64,000 bases of DNA, taken from contig JBDHJS010000003.1 in assembly GCA_039586795.1 (NCBI GenBank), forward strand, positions 146,669-210,668, given 5' to 3'. Source of the DNA: Gemmatimonadota bacterium. GTDB lineage: Bacteria; Gemmatimonadota; Gemmatimonadetes; Palauibacterales; KS3-K002. Positions 57,336 to 64,000 of this stretch are shown here, piece by piece. Below the pieces are notes generated by a model. The model saw nothing but the letters and a program-made list of their open reading frames with translations, made no database searches and was not told the origin of the DNA. The position numbers and the translations under genes were made by a program. Every line of letters begins with the position of its first letter. Position 1 is the stretch's first letter.

Positions 57336-58025
57336 ATGCCAAAGCTCACGTTTCACGGCCATTCGTGCTTCACTGTTGCCACCGATGACGGCACGGTGCT
57401 CCTGATCGATCCATTTCTGACCGGCAATCCGGTGGCCGATGTCGGCCCGGACGCCATGGAAAAGGTCGATTACGTCCTGTTCACTCACGGCCACGGCGAC
57501 CACATCGGCGATGGCTTCGATATCGCACGCCGCACCGGAGCGAAGGTCGTTTCGACTTTCGAGATCGTCAGCTACGCCCAGCAGGTAGAGGGTATCGAGA
57601 ACGCTCACCCGTTGCATATAGGCGGCGGCTACAATTTCCCCGTCGGTTATATCAAGATGACGCCCGCCCTTCACGGCGGCGCCCTCGACTGCGACGAGTC
57701 CGGGCGATTCACGACGGTCCCCGGTGGCTTCCTCATGACGATAGACGGCAAGAACATATACCACGCAGGCGACACGGCTTTGCTCAAGGACATGGAGTTG
57801 CTCGAAGGCCAGGTCGACGTCGCCTGCCTGCCAATCGGCGACAACTTCACTATGGGACCCGATGACGCTGCGCGGGCGGTGCAGATGATCAAGCCCAAGG
57901 CCGTCATCCCGATGCACTACAATACGTTCGACATGATCAACCAGGACCCGGTGGCTTTTGCGGACAAAGTAGGAAGCACAGCTGCCGTAGTGATACTCGA
58001 GCCGGGGCAGAGTCATGCCTTCTAG
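57336..58025 (+). CDS. UPF0173 metal-dependent hydrolase (metallo-beta-lactamase fold)
   Basis: GHSCF, IDPFLTGNP, THGHGDH, YHAGDT, LPIGDNFTMG and PMHYNTF. Confidence 0.93.
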   Translation: MPKLTFHGHSCFTVATDDGTVLLIDPFLTGNPVADVGPDAMEKVDYVLFTHGHGDHIGDGFDIARRTGAKVVSTFEIVSYAQQVEGIENAHPLHIGGGYNFPVGYIKMTPALHGGALDCDESGRFTTVPGGFLMTIDGKNIYHAGDTALLKDMELLEGQVDVACLPIGDNFTMGPDDAARAVQMIKPKAVIPMHYNTFDMINQDPVAFADKVGSTAAVVILEPGQSHAF

Positions 58026-58100
58026 AAGACCCCGAGCGTAGGCAGCCGAACGGTATTCGCTGCTCGATAGAAACGGCAACCGAAAGAACGACGTGACTCA

Positions 58101-59576
58101 ATGTCTGACAAAGATCCAAAACCTACCGATACAAGATTAATCTTCGACCGGTCGCGGACGGGCCGACGCGGCACGGCGGTGCCAAAGCCAGACGTTCCGA
58201 CGCGACCCTTGAACGAGCTGATGCCGGATTCGGCGCTGCGCGCTGAGCCTCCTGCCTTGCCCGAGGTTCCCGAGAACGAGGTGGTCCGGCACTTCACTGA
58301 GATCTCTCTCAAGAATCACCACGATGACAAGGGCTTCTACCCCCTCGGCTCGTGCACCATGAAGTACAACCCGAAGGTGAACGAGCAGACCGCGCGTCTG
58401 CCGGGCCTTGTCGATCTGCATCCGTTCCAGCCGACTTCTGCCGTGCAGGGCGCGCTTCGGCTCATGTGGGAGCTCGGCGAGTGGCTGAAGGAAATCACCG
58501 GAATGGACGCGATTACACTACAGCCGGCAGCCGGCGCCCAAGGCGAGCTGGTCGGCGCCCTTCTATTCCGAGCCTACCATACCGCCAACGGTGATCCGCG
58601 AAAGAAGATCATCATTCCGGACAGCGCACACGGAACGAACCCGGCCACCGTAATCATGGCAGGCTATGAAGTCGTTACGCTGAAGTCCGACGAAGAGGGA
58701 CGCATGGACCCGGCGATGCTCGAAGCAGCGCTGGGTGACGACGTGGCGGGCGTGATGCTCACGAACCCGAACACGCTCGGAAAATTCGAATCTGACATTG
58801 AGACTATCGCCAAGCTAGTCCACGACGCCGGTGGGCTCCTCTATATGGACGGCGCCAACCTCAACGCGCTGATTGGTATCGCTCGACCGGGGGACCTCGG
58901 CTATGACATCGTACACCTGAACCTCCACAAGACGTTCTCGACGCCGCACGGCGGCGGCGGACCAGGAGCCGGACCTGTAGCGGTCAAGGAGCACCTGGCC
59001 CCGTATCTGCCGCTCCCGATTCTGATGCAGAAAGACGACGCGAGTTACGCCCTGGACTGGGAGCGCCCGACCAGCATCGGTAAGGTTCACGGTTTCTGGG
59101 GCAACTTCGGCGTGCTGGTGCGTGCCTACACCTACATTCTCATGCTCGGCCAGGAGGGAATGAAGGATACGGGCTACGCCGCGGTGCTCAACAACGCCTA
59201 CGTGTCGGCACGGCTGGACAAGATATACGACCTCCCCTACGGCCGGGGTCTCCACGAGTCGGTCTTCTCCGGATCGTTCCTCAAGCAGCATGGAGTTCGC
59301 ACTCTAGATGTGGCGAAACGCCTTCTCGACTTCGGCATCCACGCACCCACCGTCTATTTCCCGTTGATCGTCCCCGAGGCGATCATGGCAGAGCCGACGG
59401 AAACCGAGACCAAGCAAGAGCTCGATCGCTTCTGCGAGGCGATGTTGCAGATCGCTCAAGAGGCTGAGAAGGATCCGGAGTTCTTGAAGAACGCACCGTA
59501 CACGACACCGGTGCGGAGGCTGGACGAAGCGCGGGCCAGCCGACAGCCGGATGTTCGATTCAAACTCGATGAGTAG
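58101..59576 (+). CDS. gcvPB: glycine dehydrogenase (decarboxylating) subunit 2
   Basis: YPLGSCTMKYNP, SAHGTNPAT and the PLP motif LNLHKTFSTPHGGGGPG. Confidence 0.96.
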   Translation: MSDKDPKPTDTRLIFDRSRTGRRGTAVPKPDVPTRPLNELMPDSALRAEPPALPEVPENEVVRHFTEISLKNHHDDKGFYPLGSCTMKYNPKVNEQTARLPGLVDLHPFQPTSAVQGALRLMWELGEWLKEITGMDAITLQPAAGAQGELVGALLFRAYHTANGDPRKKIIIPDSAHGTNPATVIMAGYEVVTLKSDEEGRMDPAMLEAALGDDVAGVMLTNPNTLGKFESDIETIAKLVHDAGGLLYMDGANLNALIGIARPGDLGYDIVHLNLHKTFSTPHGGGGPGAGPVAVKEHLAPYLPLPILMQKDDASYALDWERPTSIGKVHGFWGNFGVLVRAYTYILMLGQEGMKDTGYAAVLNNAYVSARLDKIYDLPYGRGLHESVFSGSFLKQHGVRTLDVAKRLLDFGIHAPTVYFPLIVPEAIMAEPTETETKQELDRFCEAMLQIAQEAEKDPEFLKNAPYTTPVRRLDEARASRQPDVRFKLDE

Positions 59577-59580
59577 CAAA

Positions 59581-59637
59581 GAGCGTCGAATGTCGGACGC
59601 GGAAGTGTTAAGTTAACGTGTCCGACACTCGACGTTC
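59581..59637. repeat. long imperfect inverted repeat after gcvPB
   Basis: gagcgtcga-a-tgtcggacgcg...cgtgtccgaca-c-tcgacgttc, a stem of about 20 bp. Confidence 0.65.
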
Positions 59638-59703
59638 TGATCTCAAGTACTCCCCCTGCCGACACCCAGCGCAACCCGCCCTATATGGGAGCGCACCCGA
59701 ACT

Positions 59704-60531
59704 GTGAGTACGGCGAAACCACCGGCGCGCGATGAGCGCTCAGGCCAATCCGCCCCGACCAGTTGGCGCCTGGTAGAGAGTCCAGCCGACACAGGCGTTA
59801 AGAACATGTCGATCGACATGGCGCTGGCGGACTCGGTCCGCTGGTGTGGCACGCCAGTTCTGCGGTTCTATCGCTGGTGGCCCGCATGCGTATCGTTGGG
59901 TCGCAATCAGCCGGCTAAGGGCCGCTACGATGAAGAGGCGGCGGCACGCCGCGGCATTGACTTCGTGCGCCGGCCAACCGGCGGCCGCGCCGTGTTCCAC
60001 CACCGTGAGATCACTTACTCGGTTGCGGTCGGCGATCGCCAGCTGGGTGGGCCCAGGCGCACTTACGAAGCTATCCACAAGGCCTTGCTCGCCGGCCTCC
60101 AATCGCTCGGAGCCGCCACGGAGATCGTTGAACACGCCTACGCTATGGCGCCCTCGACAATTCCGTGCTTCCAGGAAACGGACGGCGGCGCAATCGTTTC
60201 CGGAACGCGCAAGCTGGTTGGAAGCGCGCAGCTGCGTGATCGCGGTGTGCTGCTCCAGCATGGATCGATTCTGTTGGCCGGGGACCAGTCCCCAACCACC
60301 GAGCTGCTCAAGATCTCCTGGCGGGAGGGTAAGCCCGAGCGGCCAGCAGCGCTTGACGAGCTGTTGCGGCACCTTCCCACATGGAGCGAATTGGTAGAGG
60401 GTCTGCTGAGTGGTTTCGAGCAGACGCTGGGAATCGAGCTGGTTCAATCACAGCTGGCCGAGGAAGAGCGAGACTTGGCAGAGCATTACAGCTATCACTT
60501 CTCCGATCCCGAGTGGACATGGCGTCGGTAA
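59704..60531 (+). CDS. lipoate-protein ligase / octanoyltransferase (LipM/LplA family)
   Basis: NMSIDMAL, LRFYRW, VRRPTGGRAVFH, KLVGSAQ and LLQHGSI. There is no C-terminal LplB domain. Confidence 0.9.
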   Translation: MSTAKPPARDERSGQSAPTSWRLVESPADTGVKNMSIDMALADSVRWCGTPVLRFYRWWPACVSLGRNQPAKGRYDEEAAARRGIDFVRRPTGGRAVFHHREITYSVAVGDRQLGGPRRTYEAIHKALLAGLQSLGAATEIVEHAYAMAPSTIPCFQETDGGAIVSGTRKLVGSAQLRDRGVLLQHGSILLAGDQSPTTELLKISWREGKPERPAALDELLRHLPTWSELVEGLLSGFEQTLGIELVQSQLAEEERDLAEHYSYHFSDPEWTWRR

Positions 60532-62129
60532 AGACTCAGGCATCCCTCACCGCGCGCTGTTTTGCCATCGCGCTTGCCGTCGCGTGCGGTGGTGAGCGAA
60601 CCGAGGACCGTGCCCGGGCAGGCACCGTCATCGTAGCCTTCAGCGCCGAAACGCAAGCGTTCAATCCTATAGTCAACACCGACCAGAACACCAATGAGGT
60701 GAACTATTTCATGCTGTTCACCCCATTGATCCAATATGATGAGTCCTTTGAGCCCGTGCCCTACCTGGCAAGAGAGTGGGAGCTGGAGCCGGACGGCGTA
60801 ACGTTCCACCTCAACCGCGATGTCCGATGGCACGATGGCCGACTGGTGACGGCGCACGATGTGGCGTTCACGTTCGAGCGCGCGAAGGAACCGACTACCG
60901 CCTCCGTTCTCTCCTCCGCTTACCTTGATCGAGTGCGATCCGTGGAGGTCATCGATTCCTTCACGATCCGGTTCGAGTTCACTGCGCCACATGCAAGACC
61001 GCTGGACGGATTCTGGTGGCCGCCGGCCCCCAAACACCTGCTGGAGGACATACCACCCAGCGAGCTGATCCGGGCCGACTTCAACCGCCACCCGGTAGGC
61101 AGCGGACCGTTTCGATTCGTGTCCTGGGAGTCCGGCGTCAGCGTGACTCTGGAGCGAAACCCGCAGTTCGCACGGTCACTCGGCGGACCGCCCGTGCTCA
61201 AGCGCGTGGTGATCCGCTTCGTCGGAGATGCGTCCACCCTCTTGTCCGAGACGCTCACCGGCGGCGTCGACATCAACGGCTCTATCTTCCCCCAACAGGC
61301 GCACCGTGTAACCGAGGCTTCTGGAGTCCACCTGCTGAGTTGGCCGTCGCGAGAATACTACTACATCGGCTGGAACACCCGTGAACCGCCGCTCGACGAC
61401 CCGCGCGTGCGCCGCGCCCTAACGATGGCCATCGATCGCCAAGAACTCATCGATGTCCTGCTGTACGGCTACGGCGAGGCGGCGACAGGCACGATCGCTC
61501 CGTGGCACCCTATGTACCCCGACATCGATCCGCTCCCCAACGACCCAGCCGCGGCGGCGGCGTTGCTCGACGAGTTGGGATGGCGCGACCGTGATGGTGA
61601 TGGTACTCGCGAAAGCCTCGACGGGCGGCTCTTTCGATTCACGCTGATGACCAACAGCGAGAACCCGGTGAGGACGGACATCGCCCAGATCGTGCAGGCC
61701 AGCCTCACGGATCTCGGCCTGCAAGTCGATGTCAGGACCATGGAGTGGCAAACTCTGCTCGCCCGGCACCGTGCTCGTGATTTCGAGGCCGTCGTCCAGA
61801 GCTGGGTGTTGGACAATTTCCGCGTCGACCCTTTCTCACTCTTCCACTCATCGCAAGCGGACCGAGCGGGCAGCTATAATCGAAGCGGCCTCAAGGATGA
61901 GCGCGTAGACGCGCTGATGGAGCGGGCGATGGCGGTCGCCGAAGCGGGTGCCGGCGGTGCAGCGTGGTCAGAGTTCTCCCTAGCGCTACAAGAAGCTCAA
62001 CCGTTTACTTTCCTCATGTGGCTCGATGAGCTGGCGTCTGTCTCAGACCGCCTGAGCGGCGTACGGATGGACGCTCGAGGTACTCTCGTCAACATCGCAC
62101 AATGGTCCATTTCTGAGGGCCAAGACTGA
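60519..62129 (+). CDS. ABC transporter family-5 (peptide/nickel) solute-binding lipoprotein
   Basis: Lipobox AVAC, VRWHDG...TAHDVAFT, PVGSGPF and RVRRALTMAIDR. Confidence 0.92.
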   Translation: MASVKTQASLTARCFAIALAVACGGERTEDRARAGTVIVAFSAETQAFNPIVNTDQNTNEVNYFMLFTPLIQYDESFEPVPYLAREWELEPDGVTFHLNRDVRWHDGRLVTAHDVAFTFERAKEPTTASVLSSAYLDRVRSVEVIDSFTIRFEFTAPHARPLDGFWWPPAPKHLLEDIPPSELIRADFNRHPVGSGPFRFVSWESGVSVTLERNPQFARSLGGPPVLKRVVIRFVGDASTLLSETLTGGVDINGSIFPQQAHRVTEASGVHLLSWPSREYYYIGWNTREPPLDDPRVRRALTMAIDRQELIDVLLYGYGEAATGTIAPWHPMYPDIDPLPNDPAAAAALLDELGWRDRDGDGTRESLDGRLFRFTLMTNSENPVRTDIAQIVQASLTDLGLQVDVRTMEWQTLLARHRARDFEAVVQSWVLDNFRVDPFSLFHSSQADRAGSYNRSGLKDERVDALMERAMAVAEAGAGGAAWSEFSLALQEAQPFTFLMWLDELASVSDRLSGVRMDARGTLVNIAQWSISEGQD

Positions 62130-62148
62130 TCCCGGAAGGATTGATCTC

Positions 62149-63777
62149 ATGCGGCTGAAAGTGGCAGGAGGGCTGCTCGCGCTTCTCACGCTAGCTGGCT
62201 GCGCGGGCGATGGAGGAGGCCGTGACGAGGGTGCTATCGCCGACTCGCTGCGCTACGGAGGTACCGTGGTCACGGCCTACCTGGCCGAGCCCAGTACCAT
62301 GAACCATTTCGCCAGCGTCGACGAAAACGCGCACGAGCTACAGAGGTCCGTGCTGTTCACGGCTCTGGCCCGTTACGACGAAAGCCTGACTCCCGAACCC
62401 TTTCTTGCTGAGCGCTGGGAAGTCGAAGATTCGCAGAGCGGGTCCGCGATCACGTTCTACCTGCGAAACGACGTCCGTTGGCACGATGGCGAGCCGACCA
62501 CGGCCCGGGACGTCAAGTTCACATTCGACCGGATCAAGGACCCGGCAACCGGCTATCCCGATCAATCGCTTCTCGCTCCGTACGACAGCGCAACCGTCGT
62601 CGATGATTACACGATCACGTTCTACTTCCAAAGACACCCCGGCTACCTCGACCCGTGGGCGGTCGTCGTGCCCATGCCTGAACACATCCTGGGCAACGTG
62701 CCACCGGCCGAACTGGCGTTCCATCCGTTCGGAACGGAGACGCCGATCGGCAATGGCCCGTTCCGGTTCGTCGAGCACCGGCAGGGTGACCGCTGGATAT
62801 TCGAAGCCAATCCCGATTTCCCGGAAGCGCTCGGCGGTCGGCCATACATAGACCGGCTCGTCTACAGGGTGATCGAGGACCAAACGACCCGGTTGACCGA
62901 GTTCCTGGCTGGAGAGGTCGATGTTTACTTCTCTGTAGCTCCGCAACAGGTAGCGGCGATCGAGGAAGACCCTGACCGCCGGACCCTCGTTTTCCCGAGT
63001 CGTAGCTATGCGTTCATCAATTGGAACGGGAGACTGCCTCTATTCAGCGATGCCCGGGTGCGGAGAGCGATGACGCTCGGGATCAACCGCGAACAGATCA
63101 TACAGATCGCCCGCAATGGATTCGGCGAAACGGCTAAAGGCTCCGTGCCGCCCTTTCACTGGGCGTTCGACCGCGATCTCCCGCAACTCACTTACAACCC
63201 CGACGCGGCGCGCAGCCTTCTCGACTCAGCAGGCTGGATCGATAGCGACGGAGACGGCGTCCGCGAGCGAGACGGCATTCGCGCTTCCTTCGAGCTCAGG
63301 ACCAATCCGAATCCCACTCGGGAAGACATCATGGCCCTTGTCCAGGCCGACCTGGCGCAGATTGGCATCGAGGTCAGGACAGATGTTCAAGAGGCCCAAA
63401 GTCTCGCCGAGGATATAACAAGCCCCGAGCGACGCTTCGACGCATTCGTACTCGGATGGACGGCCGAGTTCCGACTGGATGACAGAAACCTCTTCGCGTG
63501 CTCGCGAATCGATGGCCCGTTCCAGTGGGCGTCCTACTGCAACCCGCGGGTAGACGAACTCCTCGATCGGGTCATGCTCCTGGAGGATCGCTCACAAGCT
63601 CTACCACTCTGGCACGAATATCAGGAAATCATTCAGCGCGATCAGCCCTACACATTCATCTACTATGACGTACGGCCCAACGGCATACGGCAACGGGTCA
63701 GAAATGTCGAGATGGATATTCGTGGGAACTTCATTAACGTCCAGGAATGGTGGATTGCTCCGAGTGACCGCTCATGA
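62149..63777 (+). CDS. ABC transporter family-5 solute-binding lipoprotein
   Basis: Lipobox LAGC, VRWHDGEPTTARDVKFT, PIGNGPF and RVRRAMTLGINR. Confidence 0.92.
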   Translation: MRLKVAGGLLALLTLAGCAGDGGGRDEGAIADSLRYGGTVVTAYLAEPSTMNHFASVDENAHELQRSVLFTALARYDESLTPEPFLAERWEVEDSQSGSAITFYLRNDVRWHDGEPTTARDVKFTFDRIKDPATGYPDQSLLAPYDSATVVDDYTITFYFQRHPGYLDPWAVVVPMPEHILGNVPPAELAFHPFGTETPIGNGPFRFVEHRQGDRWIFEANPDFPEALGGRPYIDRLVYRVIEDQTTRLTEFLAGEVDVYFSVAPQQVAAIEEDPDRRTLVFPSRSYAFINWNGRLPLFSDARVRRAMTLGINREQIIQIARNGFGETAKGSVPPFHWAFDRDLPQLTYNPDAARSLLDSAGWIDSDGDGVRERDGIRASFELRTNPNPTREDIMALVQADLAQIGIEVRTDVQEAQSLAEDITSPERRFDAFVLGWTAEFRLDDRNLFACSRIDGPFQWASYCNPRVDELLDRVMLLEDRSQALPLWHEYQEIIQRDQPYTFIYYDVRPNGIRQRVRNVEMDIRGNFINVQEWWIAPSDRS

Positions 63778-64000
63778 ACGTGCAAATACGTCCCCTGCTC
63801 ACTCTCGTCACCGCATTCGCTGTCGTACAAGCGACCGCGGCCTGTGAAGACTCGCCCCTCCAGAATACTATCGTCATAGGCGTTTCCTCGGAGCCGGGCG
63901 AACTACTACCCGCGCTCGAGACAGGGCCTTCCTCCATCAACGGTCTTCTCTACCTCGGCCTAAATGCGCCTAGCTGGAACGACGGCATGCCCGATTATTC
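63774..64000 (+). CDS. third family-5 solute-binding lipoprotein (truncated by the window end)
   Basis: ATGA overlap with the previous stop. MNVQIRPLLTLVTAFAVVQATAAC-EDSPLQNTIVIGVSSEPGELLP...LLYLGL is open to the end of the window. Confidence 0.7.
   Translation, partial: MNVQIRPLLTLVTAFAVVQATAACEDSPLQNTIVIGVSSEPGELLPALETGPSSINGLLYLGLNAPSWNDGMPDY

Overview
GC-rich bacterial chromosomal window. The gene content suggests a Gemmatimonadota/Acidobacteriota-like organism, but this is inference only. It is mostly housekeeping and envelope genes: purE, tRNA-Arg(CCT), a frameshifted CSLREA-domain surface protein, two BNR/sortilin-like beta-propellers, a GH38-like glycosidase, two orphan duplicated (ADOP-type) ABC permeases, a tRNA-Gly(CCC)/Val(CAC)/Gly(TCC) operon, fabH, an alternative complex III operon (actABCDEF), metH, a type IV minor-pilin cluster, an ion-homeostasis cluster, a gcvH-gcvPA-hydrolase-gcvPB-lipoate ligase cluster lacking gcvT, and three tandem family-5 ABC solute-binding proteins. 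No CRISPR array, intact transposon or prophage was seen. The most interesting signals are non-coding. (1) A self-contained, ~250-nt structured minus-strand transcript at ~55129-55378 displays a near-perfect 16-nt complement of the 16S rRNA 3' end and a 19-codon ORF. (2) A compact pseudoknotted RNA motif lies between a sigma70-like promoter and the pilin operon at ~46244-46309. (3) A SAM-II-like riboswitch variant is coupled to a terminator upstream of metH. A small lipoprotein at 23433-24011 also resembles a domain known from plant extra-large G proteins and EDR4. All RNA structures were derived by eye and none was computed.
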